A stretch of 64,000 nt of DNA from an uncultured Desulfobulbaceae bacterium (GTDB lineage Bacteria > Desulfobacterota > Dissulfuribacteria > Dissulfuribacterales > DYLC01), in contig CAYRSX010000005.1 in assembly GCA_964427245.1 (NCBI GenBank), positions 3,354 to 67,353 of the forward strand. The letters run 5' to 3'. Each line of letters starts with the position of its first letter. Positions within the stretch are counted from its first letter, which is position 1. Below the pieces are notes generated by a model, which was not told the DNA's origin, did no database searches, and saw nothing but the letters and a program-made list of their open reading frames with translations. The position numbers were made by a program, and so were the translations under genes. Positions 1 through 9,965 of this stretch are shown here, one piece after another.

Positions 1-1
1 C

Positions 2-520
2 GGCGATGTGGTTACCATGCATTATACCGGCACATTGGACAATGGCGATGTATTCGATTCAAGTATCGGTGGTCAACCCTTACAATTTCAAGTAGGCTCA
101 GGACAGATAATTCAAGGCTTCAACGACGCTATATTGGGCATGGAGTTGGGTTCCGAGCGCTCTTTCACACTTACTCCAGACATGGCATACGGCGAACACG
201 ATGACAGCCTTGTACACGTCCTACCACGCTCCATGGTGGGAAATCAATTCACGCCTGAGATAGGCATGACCATCGGCATTCAGATGGAAGACGGTATGAA
301 AATGCCTGCAACCATCACATCAGTCACAGATGAAAGCCTCACCATCGATATGAACCCACCTCTTGCAGGCAAAACCCTGCATTTCAAGGTGCAACTTGTG
401 GATATTTCCGATGCCCCTGACGCCGGAGCCTGTAGCTGTGGATGCACCAGCAGTGGAAGCTGCGGGACAGGCGGCGGAAGCAGCTGCGGCAGTGGCGGCG
501 GTTCCTGTGGTTGTTGCTGA
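2..520 (+). CDS. slyD: FKBP-type peptidyl-prolyl cis-trans isomerase, SlyD-like. The 5' end is cut by the window edge. It has a Cys/Gly/Ser-rich C-terminal tail.
   Basis: The frame is open from nt 2 (GDVVTMHYTGTLDNGDVFDSS...). It shows the FKBP core, an inserted IF-type flap, and '...DMNPPLAGKTLHFKVQLVDI' as in SlyD. The tail is CSCGCTSSGSCGTGGGSSCGSGGGSCGCC (nt 431-517). Confidence 0.85.
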   Translation, partial: GDVVTMHYTGTLDNGDVFDSSIGGQPLQFQVGSGQIIQGFNDAILGMELGSERSFTLTPDMAYGEHDDSLVHVLPRSMVGNQFTPEIGMTIGIQMEDGMKMPATITSVTDESLTIDMNPPLAGKTLHFKVQLVDISDAPDAGACSCGCTSSGSCGTGGGSSCGSGGGSCGCC

Positions 521-570
521 TACATACATAGGTAACTGAAAATAAGGACAATATACAACAGGGTGTAATT

Positions 571-598
571 GTAAGGGCGATTCCTGTGTCGCCCTTAC
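571..598. terminator. Hairpin between convergent slyD-like and rsmB genes; possible bidirectional terminator
   Basis: Perfect 10-bp stem GTAAGGGCGA (571-580) / TCGCCCTTAC (589-598) with an 8-nt loop. There is no clear U-tract on either strand. Confidence 0.35.
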
Positions 599-644
599 CT
601 CTGAGAGAGAATAACCGCAGACGATTAAGGATTTTCAATACGTT

Positions 645-2057
645 TCAGGCAGTTTTTTTTCGCAGTAATGCCATAAAAAAGACATCAGGACCATTCTGTT
701 CCGGCTGAATACAGACAAAATAGCGCTGTGTCAGAAACCTCTTCGCTGCCTCAGGCAGAAATCCCTCTGGATTTACCAGTTCAAACTCCCTTTGAGTGTT
801 CAGAAAGGTAGCCACAACCCCTGTAGTCTCCTCGGGTTCAGAAGTACAGGTGACATAGCACAAAAGGCCGTCAGGCGACAGCAAGAAAGCCGCCTGCTTC
901 AAGAACCTCAATTGCCTGACGGCAGACTCACGAATGAATTGTTCCGTGCGATTCCATTTGATGTCAGGGTGTCTTCGCAGAGTGCCCAAGCCGCTGCACG
1001 GGGCATCCAGCAATATCTTATTGAAACGCATTGATTTCAATTGATTATTATCATTGACGATTGCAATGGATTTAATTCCAAGTCTTGCGGCATTTTGTCT
1101 CAATTCTCTGAGCCTGGCCTCACTGGTATCGTATGCCGTTATTTGAACGCTGTTCTTGGTCAATTCAGCAAGATGCGTTGTCTTACCGCCCAGGCCGGCG
1201 CAGAGATCCAAAATAGAATCAGTAGGTTGAAGATCGAGACAACAGGCCGCGAGCTGTGCCGCCTCGTCCTGCACCTGAAAAAAACCTTCTGTAAAACCCG
1301 GAAGTTTTACAGGATTTCCAAAAAAATCGTCCAACCACACGGCCTGAGGACTGTAATCACCTGGTCTTGCAGAGAAACCAGTCTTTTGCAGGAGTTCCAG
1401 CAAGCTGTCCCGTGTGATTCTAAGCCTGTTTACGCGCAGACAGAGCCCTGCCTTTTGGTTGTTCCAATGACAGAGATGGTCAACTCCATTTAAACCCAGG
1501 CGTCTTTCCCATCGTTTCAACAGCCAGACAGGGTGCGAGAAACGAATTGCAAGCCGCCTAATTGCAGGCAAGGCATTCAAACGGTCTTGCAATGCATAGG
1601 AAATGCAAAAAGGATTGGAACGGGACTCCGAAAGTCTTCTGCTCACCGCATTGACCAACCCTGCGGCCCAGGCATTTTTACTCGCTTTTACAGCCTTGAC
1701 AGCCTCGTTAACAGCAGCAGATACAGGCACTCTGTCCAGAAAATCTATCTGAAAGGCACAGAGCTCCAAAATGGTCCGCACATCAAGAGGCAGGTCTTTT
1801 TTAGAGAGAAAGGCATCTATTCGCCAATCCAACCAAGTCTTGTGCCTCAACACTCCATAGACCAGCTCATGCAGCAGGGCATTTTCAAGAGAAAAGATGG
1901 AAGAATCGCAAGTATGGGCATTCAGCAAGCGGGAAATGGGCTGGCGCATTCCCTCAACAGCTTTCTGCCAATCTATGAGCACGGCCAAGGCCACAGACCT
2001 GGCGGAGACTGATTTAGATGTATGATTTGTTGCGTTATTCAATTGTTTTTCTGACAA
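645..2057 (-). CDS. rsmB: 16S rRNA (cytosine967-C5)-methyltransferase RsmB/Sun
   Basis: 470 aa with a NusB-like N-terminus. SAM motif 'ILDLCAGLGGKT' and catalytic 'LLDAPCSGLGTLRRHPD' are present. It lies in the conserved def-fmt-rsmB order. Confidence 0.9.
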   Translation of the reverse strand: MSEKQLNNATNHTSKSVSARSVALAVLIDWQKAVEGMRQPISRLLNAHTCDSSIFSLENALLHELVYGVLRHKTWLDWRIDAFLSKKDLPLDVRTILELCAFQIDFLDRVPVSAAVNEAVKAVKASKNAWAAGLVNAVSRRLSESRSNPFCISYALQDRLNALPAIRRLAIRFSHPVWLLKRWERRLGLNGVDHLCHWNNQKAGLCLRVNRLRITRDSLLELLQKTGFSARPGDYSPQAVWLDDFFGNPVKLPGFTEGFFQVQDEAAQLAACCLDLQPTDSILDLCAGLGGKTTHLAELTKNSVQITAYDTSEARLRELRQNAARLGIKSIAIVNDNNQLKSMRFNKILLDAPCSGLGTLRRHPDIKWNRTEQFIRESAVRQLRFLKQAAFLLSPDGLLCYVTCTSEPEETTGVVATFLNTQREFELVNPEGFLPEAAKRFLTQRYFVCIQPEQNGPDVFFMALLRKKTA

Positions 2058-3033
2058 ATACCGACCCTATCGCAATGTGGTTGCCGCGTATATAATCAGC
2101 CACTCTCATACGGCGCTTACCCGGAGCCAATATCTCTTGCACCAGTAAGACATTTCGCCCATCTTGACCACAGGCCACCAAAAGCCCCCTGTCGTCGCAG
2201 GAGAGGACAGTTCCGGCCGCAGCAAGGTCAGGGAAAAGACCGGCGGAAGTATTTGATGAAGTAAAGTCCGGACGAAGACCACTCACCACTATAGGTCGAA
2301 AGAGGCGCACAATCACGCCGTCCAGCAAGGAGCATGCCCCTGGCTTTGGGTCCAAGGCACGTATGAGATTGGCCAGGTCTTCGGATGGCTGCCGCCAATT
2401 CAACCAGGCCATCTCCGAGGTTATTGGAGGGGCAAGACTTACGCCCTCTGAGGGCTGTTCCACCGGCTTCAAGCTACCAGCAGCCAGCAATTTCAGTGTA
2501 TCAAGCAGGGCGGAGGCCCCCAAAAGTGCCATTCTAGCATATAACTCACCAAAGGTCTCATCTGGTTGAATCTCCAGCGCACGCTGTAACAATATGGGAC
2601 CTGTATCCATTCCAGCATCCATACGCATTATGGTGATACCTGTGGTGCGCTCGCCGTGTATCAATGCCCACTGAATGGGCGCAGCCCCTCGATATTTGGG
2701 CAAAAGGGAGCCATGTACATTGATGGGCATGATTTTGGGAATATTCAGCAGGGCCTGAGGCAGTATCTGACCAAAGGCAGCGGTAACGATGAGGTCCGGC
2801 TCAAGGGCTGAGATTTCCTGCAAAAAAGCAGAATCCCTGACTCGTTCGGGCTGCAAAACCGGAATGCCCTGCGCCTGAGCCGCTGTTTTTACAGGGCTCG
2901 GATGAAGCGCCTTGCCACGGCCTCGCGGCCTGTCGGGCTGTGTGACAACCGCCGATATCTCGTAACCGACTGCAACCAGGGCATTCAGACTGGGCACCGC
3001 AAAATCAGGGGTGCCCATAAATATAATCTTCAA
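2035..3033 (-). CDS. fmt: Methionyl-tRNA formyltransferase
   Basis: 332 aa with 'MKIIFMGTPDFAVPSL' and 'NVHGSLLPKYRGAAPIQWAL'. It is adjacent to def. Confidence 0.95.
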   Translation of the reverse strand: MKIIFMGTPDFAVPSLNALVAVGYEISAVVTQPDRPRGRGKALHPSPVKTAAQAQGIPVLQPERVRDSAFLQEISALEPDLIVTAAFGQILPQALLNIPKIMPINVHGSLLPKYRGAAPIQWALIHGERTTGITIMRMDAGMDTGPILLQRALEIQPDETFGELYARMALLGASALLDTLKLLAAGSLKPVEQPSEGVSLAPPITSEMAWLNWRQPSEDLANLIRALDPKPGACSLLDGVIVRLFRPIVVSGLRPDFTSSNTSAGLFPDLAAAGTVLSCDDRGLLVACGQDGRNVLLVQEILAPGKRRMRVADYIRGNHIAIGSVFVRKTIE

Positions 3034-3054
3034 AGAAAAGGCTCCTTATATCTG

Positions 3055-3552
3055 TTATCTTTTCAATTTAGCCCATTTTTTCCGAAAAATAACCTTTTTA
3101 AGAGGGCTCAAGCGCTCCACGAAACAGATGCCGTTCAGGTGGTCGAGCTCATGCTGAATGCAGCGTGCGAGCAGGCCATCGGCTTCCATTCGAATCTCTT
3201 TGCCTTTTTGATCATACGCCATAACCTGAACACGCTCAGCACGCTTCACCTTCTCGGAATAATCAGGCACGCTTAAGCACCCTTCTTCATCGCATACCTC
3301 ACCCTCAGCAGCGGTTATCACAGGATTTATCAGCACAATAGGGGCCGGCTTTGAATCCTCGCCTCTCTGGCCCAGGTCCATGACCACCACCTGCTGAAGC
3401 ACGCCCACCTGATTGGCGGCAAGACCTATTCCCTTGGCCTTGTACATGGTCTCAAACATATCCTCCACCAGTTTGAGAAGCCCCTCATTCAGCTCATTGA
3501 CCGGCTTCGCCACGGCGGACAGGATCTCGTTGGGATAGATTAGTATTTTCAC
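3055..3552 (-). CDS. def: Peptide deformylase
   Basis: 165 aa carrying the three deformylase motifs '[10 protein letters not shown]', 'EGCLSVP' and 'HELDHLNG'. The GTG start overlaps the upstream stop (GTGA). Confidence 0.95.
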   Translation of the reverse strand: MKILIYPNEILSAVAKPVNELNEGLLKLVEDMFETMYKAKGIGLAANQVGVLQQVVVMDLGQRGEDSKPAPIVLINPVITAAEGEVCDEEGCLSVPDYSEKVKRAERVQVMAYDQKGKEIRMEADGLLARCIQHELDHLNGICFVERLSPLKKVIFRKKWAKLKR

Positions 3553-5474
3553 ACTTTAAACACTCGTATGGCCTGCTGCAGATGAGATGCCAGGTTGCCC
3601 AAAGTGTGAGACGCCTGTGTTACGGTATTGGCGATTCGAGCCGTTTTTTGATTCACCTCGGAGATATCGCCTATCATATTCACGATTCCCTGCACGTTCT
3701 GATTGGCCTCCTGAGAACGCTGGCTGATCTCGTTGACAGTAGCGGTCTGCTCTTCAACGGCAGCAGCCACACTTTCAGAGAATTCGGCCATGCGCTGTAT
3801 GGTATCTGCAACCTTCTGGACCGCCTCCACGCTCTGATGAGCGCCGGACTGAATACTACTCACTATGTTATCTATCTCCATTACGGAATTTGCTGTCTGT
3901 TTGGCCAGTTCCTTTACTTCATTAGCCACCACCGCAAAGCCCTTACCTGCCTCACCTGCACGAGCCGCCTCTATGGTGGCGTTAAGGGCAAGCAGGTTGG
4001 TCTGCTCAGCTATACTACCTATGAGCTTGCTGGCCTCTCCAATCTTAACCGAAGCCTCAGCCAACTGCTGAATGATGTGCTGGGAGTTATTGGCCTCTTC
4101 ACTGGCCTGCACAGCCACATTTCGAGCATCTCCGGAGTTTTTCGCAATCTCGGTGATGGTGGCGGTCATCTGTTCCATGGCGGCTGCCAGCCCACTCACA
4201 CTGCCTGAGGCCAGCTCAGCATTGCTGCGAATGGCCACAGCCTTGCTTTCAGCCTCCTGAGATGCCTGTTGCAAAATGTCGGTTGAGGAAAGCAAGGTAT
4301 CACCCTCAACGCTGACCTGGCCCGCAGAACGCTGAATCTCGGCGATAAGATTGGCCAAAGACTGCACAGTATTGTTCAAAGCCAGGGCGAGCTTTCCTAT
4401 CTCGTCGTTTTTGTCAATGTTCAAGGTGTGCGTAAAGTCGCCTTCCGCAAGATGAGAAGTAAATGCCACAATCTCCTTAAGTGGTGTGGTTACCGCCCTG
4501 CATGTGAAAAGATAGGCGGTCAGGGGAAGCAGTACTGACATGGCTATCATCAGAGCTATGAAGGAATAGACCACCTTATCCACCTTGGCCAGTTCGTCAT
4601 TTATGAATTTGATATCCTCGGCCACAAGGTTATAGCCCACTACATCGCCCTTGAAGTCCTTAAGCTCCGACGCTACAATAAAGTGGCTGCCAGTTACTCC
4701 ATAACCATGCTTTATTATGCCGTCAACGTCAATCCCCTTAAAGAAATTGATCACCTCTGCATCAAACCACTTATCCTGAGCCACCACAAAATCAGCCCCT
4801 ATCTCCGTGGGTTTTTGCAGAGTTACAGTGGAAAGCAGACTCCTTTTCATTAACGTTATAAACATCTTGTTTTCTTTTTTCATATCTTGAGCTATGGAAC
4901 CGGTGCCGTCAATCAATTCAATGGAACCTATGTAATCGCCCTCTCGTATGATGGGAGCGATGCCGCGCAGGGCCATACCATCACGACCGACCTCTATGCC
5001 ACCCACAAACTTCTTTTTGGATTTCACTGTCTGCAGGGTCTCTCGCCATGTAAGGTCATCGCCGAACTTGTTCGGCGCCCATGTGCGCAAAAAAGACCTG
5101 AGTTCTCCGGTATGCATCTGTACCTTGGCGGTCTTCATGGCAGAAAGATTCATATACTCCGCCAGGAGATCGGTAAGCCGGTTCAGGGCGAGCTCTCTAT
5201 TGTCCTCAATAATGGCCTTGGACAAAGTGCCGTTGTTGGCCAGACCTATGGCATTGGATACCAGAATATTTATTTTTTGATCTATATGCCCATAGATCAA
5301 AATGGACAGCAGGCCCTGACGTGCCTTCATGGTATCTGTCTTCAATTTAGAATGGGCAAATAAACTGTAACCAACACCGATTACAATGGAAACAGACACT
5401 ACAAGCAAAATGATGGCTACGAGTTTGTTATTTATACTGCTGTTGCATTTCCCTATCATTATCATTACCTCCAA
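3549..5474 (-). CDS. Methyl-accepting chemotaxis protein with a Cache-like periplasmic sensor
   Basis: 641 aa: N-terminal TM, roughly 280-aa extracytoplasmic region, second TM, then a HAMP domain. The signalling hairpin reads '[38 protein letters not shown]'. Confidence 0.9.
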   Translation of the reverse strand: MEVMIMIGKCNSSINNKLVAIILLVVSVSIVIGVGYSLFAHSKLKTDTMKARQGLLSILIYGHIDQKINILVSNAIGLANNGTLSKAIIEDNRELALNRLTDLLAEYMNLSAMKTAKVQMHTGELRSFLRTWAPNKFGDDLTWRETLQTVKSKKKFVGGIEVGRDGMALRGIAPIIREGDYIGSIELIDGTGSIAQDMKKENKMFITLMKRSLLSTVTLQKPTEIGADFVVAQDKWFDAEVINFFKGIDVDGIIKHGYGVTGSHFIVASELKDFKGDVVGYNLVAEDIKFINDELAKVDKVVYSFIALMIAMSVLLPLTAYLFTCRAVTTPLKEIVAFTSHLAEGDFTHTLNIDKNDEIGKLALALNNTVQSLANLIAEIQRSAGQVSVEGDTLLSSTDILQQASQEAESKAVAIRSNAELASGSVSGLAAAMEQMTATITEIAKNSGDARNVAVQASEEANNSQHIIQQLAEASVKIGEASKLIGSIAEQTNLLALNATIEAARAGEAGKGFAVVANEVKELAKQTANSVMEIDNIVSSIQSGAHQSVEAVQKVADTIQRMAEFSESVAAAVEEQTATVNEISQRSQEANQNVQGIVNMIGDISEVNQKTARIANTVTQASHTLGNLASHLQQAIRVFKV

Positions 5475-5576
5475 ATAATATTCGAATGTATTTTTTATAT
5501 CATACTAAAATGCACCAGACTTGCAATGAGTTATGCCGGTGTATTTTATATTAAGATAAATAATTAAACACCAGCA

Positions 5577-6068
5577 TCAAACACCATGAATGACGGTCTC
5601 AGACACAAGATAAAGCTGTTTTACAAGGCATCTAAGCTCCTCGTCTTTGATGGGCTCAACCATGGCATCAGCGGTCCTTTTAAGCTCCTCCGGAACATCT
5701 TTTTTCACTCTCTGCCCGTTGTAACCGGCATTCTTTTGCAATTTTTCAAAAGTACTCCACAACTTCTGAACATCGCCCAAAAACATACGTATGTCTTGAA
5801 GTTTTTGAGACTGCAATCTTTGGTTCAGGGCAGTGATCAACACATGGCGTTGAAAGGAGAGTTGCTGCATCCAAATGGAATCTGAGACCATAAGAAACAA
5901 GATACCATTTGAATCTATATGATGGGGCCAGGCATGAAGTGCTGTTTCAAACCCCACTATACTCTTCCACTCCCTCCAGACAGGCAGGTATTCCCAATGC
6001 GTTCGAATCGCTAATGGCAATACAACATGAACAGACTTCATGAAAACAGTTTCTCTTTCAGACATCAC
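5577..6068 (-). CDS. DUF721 (DciA-like) domain protein
   Basis: 163 aa. 'WREWKSIVGFETALHAWPHHIDSNGILFLMVSDSIWMQQLSFQRHVLITALN' fits the DUF721 pattern. There is a 4-nt overlap with the upstream lolC/E gene. Confidence 0.6.
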   Translation of the reverse strand: MMSERETVFMKSVHVVLPLAIRTHWEYLPVWREWKSIVGFETALHAWPHHIDSNGILFLMVSDSIWMQQLSFQRHVLITALNQRLQSQKLQDIRMFLGDVQKLWSTFEKLQKNAGYNGQRVKKDVPEELKRTADAMVEPIKDEELRCLVKQLYLVSETVIHGV

Positions 6069-7369
6069 CCTATTCTCAACGAAGTGGAAGGATTAACTCG
6101 AGCCGCCTGCCTGGCAGGATAGATGGTGGCCCCAAAACAGATGAGCACAGCCGATACAGCAATGCTTACAACATCCTGCGTGTTGAGCATAATGGGCAGA
6201 GAGTCGGTGTAATATACCTCGCTTGGTATGCTTATGAATTTATAATGCTTGAGTAGATTGCACAAGACAATTCCACCCGCTACCCCCAAAAATGTGCCAA
6301 TCAGCCCCACCATAAGGCCGTTATAGATAAAAATATGCAGTATCTGGCGATCGTTAGCGCCCATGGCCTTGAGAATGGCAATATCTTGATTTTTGTCCAT
6401 GACCATCAGAATCAGGGTGCTGATGATGTTCATGGCCGCCACTATGACTATCAGAGTCAAAATGATGAACATGGCCAGCTTTTCCAGCTTCATGGCCGAA
6501 AAGAGATTACGACTCAGTTTCTGCCAATCCAGCACCAGAAAACCATTGCCGATTCTCTGCTGAATGACAAAGGACAGGCGATCTGTCTGATAGATATCCG
6601 AGACTCGAAGCTCGATGAGATGGGCCTGGTTTTGCAGACCCAAAAGCCTCTGGGCCTCATGAATATTCACGAAGGCCAGAGTGCTGTCGTATTCATACAC
6701 ACCGGTGGAGGTGATACCGGCTACAGTGAAATTACGTATCTTGGGCAGAGTGCCCATGGGCGTTATTGTGCCGGTTGGAAGGGCTATACGCACGTTCTTA
6801 CCCACATAAAGACCCAGATTCCTTGCCAATTCCTTTCCAACAATAATGGGCGGCGGACGATTTGAATCGCTATTTTCCAGTGCTTCCACACCGTTACCCT
6901 GTATGACCTTGCCCACATCCATGACGCTTGAGATGGTCTTGGGATCAACCCCTCGAATCAATGTGCCATAGACATTGATATCCGAACTCAGAAGACCTTG
7001 CATAAGTATCATGGGGGTGGCCGCCACGACATAGGCGCCGTAATCAGCCATGCCGATTTTGCTCATTAAGGAAGCAAAAAAACCAGTTTGAGGCACACTG
7101 ACGCCCACCAGCTCCCTTTGCAGCAGATTCGGGGCATCTATGGGCCTTTCTATACTTCTCACGACTATATGAGAGGTTACACCAAGTATCTTCTCCTTTA
7201 GATGCGCCTCGAAACCAGCCATAACAGCTATTACCACAATAAGTGCCATTACGCCCACAGTTACGCCGGCTATGGATATGGTGGTGATAAGGGAGATAAA
7301 CGCCTGTTTTCTGCGGGCTTTCAGATAACGAACGGCAACAAACCACTCAAATGGAAGATTATTAAACAA
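6065..7369 (-). CDS. Lipoprotein-releasing system permease, LolC/LolE family
   Basis: 434 aa. N-terminal 'FEWFVAVRYLKARRKQAFIS', a large periplasmic loop between TM1 and TM2, and a C-terminal FtsX-type 3-TM bundle. Confidence 0.85.
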   Translation of the reverse strand: MFNNLPFEWFVAVRYLKARRKQAFISLITTISIAGVTVGVMALIVVIAVMAGFEAHLKEKILGVTSHIVVRSIERPIDAPNLLQRELVGVSVPQTGFFASLMSKIGMADYGAYVVAATPMILMQGLLSSDINVYGTLIRGVDPKTISSVMDVGKVIQGNGVEALENSDSNRPPPIIVGKELARNLGLYVGKNVRIALPTGTITPMGTLPKIRNFTVAGITSTGVYEYDSTLAFVNIHEAQRLLGLQNQAHLIELRVSDIYQTDRLSFVIQQRIGNGFLVLDWQKLSRNLFSAMKLEKLAMFIILTLIVIVAAMNIISTLILMVMDKNQDIAILKAMGANDRQILHIFIYNGLMVGLIGTFLGVAGGIVLCNLLKHYKFISIPSEVYYTDSLPIMLNTQDVVSIAVSAVLICFGATIYPARQAARVNPSTSLRIG

Positions 7370-7383
7370 AGCTGGAAGTGTCC

Positions 7384-8244
7384 TTAATTTATTTCTTCTA
7401 ATTCTTTTTCAATTTCAACCAACAATTCGGCCTTGATGACATTTTTCAAAAGCCGAACCAATATGTCTCGAGATTCTATACTCTTTATCTTCTCTGTAAA
7501 ACGCTGTGCATCCTGCCCAAATTTTTCAGTCAAAGCGGCTAAAACCATTTCTTGTGCATCAAGAATCAAACCTTTTTGAATACCTTGCTGAATGCCTTCG
7601 TTATAAAATGGATCCTTCAGAACATCAATTACTATTGGCATATCTGCCTCCTTTCGTAAGCTGTTTAATTCATATAAAGCGCTTTTTCTCAATTTTACCA
7701 GATACAAAAGTTTTCTGATGTAATTATCCCGTTCTTTTTCAGGAAGACAACGCAATTTTTCCAACAGGCTTTCCCAAAAACCATCGCTCCTACGACACAA
7801 CACTGCAAGGATGTTATCGTTTGGGTCATCACTTGCAATGAGTTCAGCACAATCTATTTCCTTGATATCCATCAACTCATATCTGAAAAATAAATTTTTA
7901 CGCTCAAGTTTATTTACAAATGGATTTTCGCCGTCTCCTACCCATAAAACCATCTGTTGTGGCACTATATGATATTGCTGATATATCAAACAATAATACC
8001 GCAGCATACGAAATGGAATGAATACATCAGCCTGAGCCTGTACTTCCAAATGAAATATCTCTCCATTCTTCAATCTGACCAATAAATCCGCCTCTCTCTC
8101 CTCTACCTTTGGAAAATTAACATCCAGATATTCAAGGGGAGCCACTCCTGCCAGAATCTTTACAAAACACCGCGGCAAACCTTTAAGAAGATCCCGTAAT
8201 GTTCTATCAAATATAAATCGTTCAGGCATCAAGCCAACCCTCAC
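7384..8244 (-). CDS. Rpn-family recombination-promoting nuclease / putative transposase (PD-(D/E)XK core plus DUF4351-like C-terminus)
   Basis: 286 aa. 'EREADLLVRLKNGEIFHLEVQAQ...FRMLRYY' gives the D...E-x-Q nuclease signature of the Rpn/Transposase_31 family. The C-terminal 'EGIQQGIQKGL...LTEKFG' matches the DUF4351-type tail. The start may be GTG at 8244 or ATG at 8229. Confidence 0.7.
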   Translation of the reverse strand: MRVGLMPERFIFDRTLRDLLKGLPRCFVKILAGVAPLEYLDVNFPKVEEREADLLVRLKNGEIFHLEVQAQADVFIPFRMLRYYCLIYQQYHIVPQQMVLWVGDGENPFVNKLERKNLFFRYELMDIKEIDCAELIASDDPNDNILAVLCRRSDGFWESLLEKLRCLPEKERDNYIRKLLYLVKLRKSALYELNSLRKEADMPIVIDVLKDPFYNEGIQQGIQKGLILDAQEMVLAALTEKFGQDAQRFTEKIKSIESRDILVRLLKNVIKAELLVEIEKELEEIN

Positions 8245-9752
8245 TTTTCATTGTTTATACTCACTTCCGGCTTGAGCTGAGGGAATAAAATGACATCTCG
8301 AATGGATGGGGAATCCGTAAACAGCATAACCAGCCTATCAATGCCTATGCCCTCTCCGGCTGCAGGCGGCATGCCGAATTCAAGGGCACGGACATAGTCT
8401 TCATCCAGTTCAGGGGGTATCTCCTCGTCATCCCCACGATTGGCTATCTGCTCCTCAAACCGACGATACTGGTCTCTGGGGTCATTCAGCTCGGAAAAGG
8501 CGTTGGCGATCTCTCTGCCCGTGATAAAGAGCTCGAAACGATCAGTCACCTCTGGATTTTGTACGTTCCTTCTGGCAAGGGGAGATATGTCCGTAGGATA
8601 TTGAGTGATAAAGGTGGGCTGAATGAGCCTTGGCTCCACTAATTCATCAAAGAGCTTGATCAAAAGCTTACCCAACAACTCATCGCCCTTGACCGGCACG
8701 CCCATATCCCTAAGCCTGGAGACAAGGGCCCCTCGGTCTTGAAGTTCATGGGCAGGGATTCCGCCTACCTCCACCAGCGATTCATGTACGGTAAGACGCT
8801 TCCACGGCCTTCTGAGGCTGATGACATTCCCCTGATATTGCAACTCCTCTCTGCCGAAAAGCTCTGCGGCAATGAAACAGAAAAGGTCTTCTGTAAGATT
8901 CATCATGTCCTCATAGGTTGCATATGCCTGATAGAATTCCACCATGGTGAACTCAGGATTATGTTGAATGGAGATGCCTTCGTTTCGAAAGTTTCTGTTC
9001 AGCTCGAAGACTCGCTCAAATCCTCCAACCAGCAGCCTTTTTAGATAGAGCTCCGGTGCAATACGCAGATACAAATCAATGCCAAGGGCATTGTGGTGGG
9101 TTACAAAGGGTTTTGCCGTGGCACCACCCACTATGGACTGCATCATGGGTGTTTCCACCTCCAGAAAACCATGATTCGTCAGGTATCTTCTTATGAGAGA
9201 GATGATTACAGAACGCTTACGAAAGGTATCCCTGACCTCCTTGTTCATGATCATGTCCAGATATCTCTGGCGGTACCTGGTTTCCTTGTCCTTTAGACCA
9301 TGAAATTTCTCTGGGAGCGGCAGCAGAGACTTGGTGATCAGCCGAATATATTGCACCTCCAAAGTAAGTTCATTGGTTTTAGTCCTGAAAAGAGGGCCTC
9401 TGGCCTCCAGGATATCGCCTATGTCCAGTTTCTTGAAGAGTCCATAGGCCTCCTCGCCTATCTTGTCCCGTGCGATGTAGAGCTGCAATCTGCAACATGA
9501 ATCCTGTATCTGAACAAAAGCGGCCTTGCCGAAACTGCGAATGGCCATGATGCGTCCAATGACTCGCAAAGACGGCGCTGCGGCCTGTAACTGTTGGGCA
9601 TTCAAGGTGCCGTATTTGTCGATAATCTCCTGAAGATTGACGGCCGTGCCGTGAGCTGTCTCATTACAGTCATTGGGATAGAGCTGAATGCCGTTTTTTT
9701 CCAGTTCCTCGGCCTTTGCCCTGCGTTGTTTGACGAGCTGATTTTCTTCCAT
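8241..9752 (-). CDS. lysS: Lysine--tRNA ligase (class II)
   Basis: 503 aa with an OB anticodon-binding N-terminal domain. Class II motifs 'NRNFRNEGIS' and 'GEGIGIDRLVMLF' are present. Confidence 0.95.
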   Translation of the reverse strand: MEENQLVKQRRAKAEELEKNGIQLYPNDCNETAHGTAVNLQEIIDKYGTLNAQQLQAAAPSLRVIGRIMAIRSFGKAAFVQIQDSCCRLQLYIARDKIGEEAYGLFKKLDIGDILEARGPLFRTKTNELTLEVQYIRLITKSLLPLPEKFHGLKDKETRYRQRYLDMIMNKEVRDTFRKRSVIISLIRRYLTNHGFLEVETPMMQSIVGGATAKPFVTHHNALGIDLYLRIAPELYLKRLLVGGFERVFELNRNFRNEGISIQHNPEFTMVEFYQAYATYEDMMNLTEDLFCFIAAELFGREELQYQGNVISLRRPWKRLTVHESLVEVGGIPAHELQDRGALVSRLRDMGVPVKGDELLGKLLIKLFDELVEPRLIQPTFITQYPTDISPLARRNVQNPEVTDRFELFITGREIANAFSELNDPRDQYRRFEEQIANRGDDEEIPPELDEDYVRALEFGMPPAAGEGIGIDRLVMLFTDSPSIRDVILFPQLKPEVSINNEK

Positions 9753-9861
9753 AAAAATTCCTTACATAGCTGAAGTATGGTGGATTGATGAAACATTATT
9801 CATAGTGTAATCTCGAAACAGAGTCAAGGAGACAATTTCACCCATCGCGTGTGGCTGTTTC

Positions 9862-9893
9862 ATCGCTTCGCTTTGCGCAATGACAAGCTGTTG
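9862..9893. repeat. Partial copy of the dispersed 'CGCTTCGC...AATGACA' intergenic repeat family
   Basis: 'catcgcttcgctttgcgcaatgacaagctg' shares the ...cgcttcgct..gcgcaatgacaagctg end with the copies at 31748-31760 and 55770-55790. Confidence 0.6.
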
Positions 9894-9965
9894 TGCATTA
9901 TTTAGAGAGTGAATCAAGGTGTCATTTAGAGGGCAACGTCCCATGGCAATGCAGTAAAATGCAAA

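Noticed and set aside
7370-8260. The Rpn-family gene as an active insertion sequence
   Set aside because: The gaps to both neighbours are 14 nt or less, which leaves no space for terminal inverted repeats or target-site duplications. No separate transposase is present, so it is treated as a domesticated or embedded gene.
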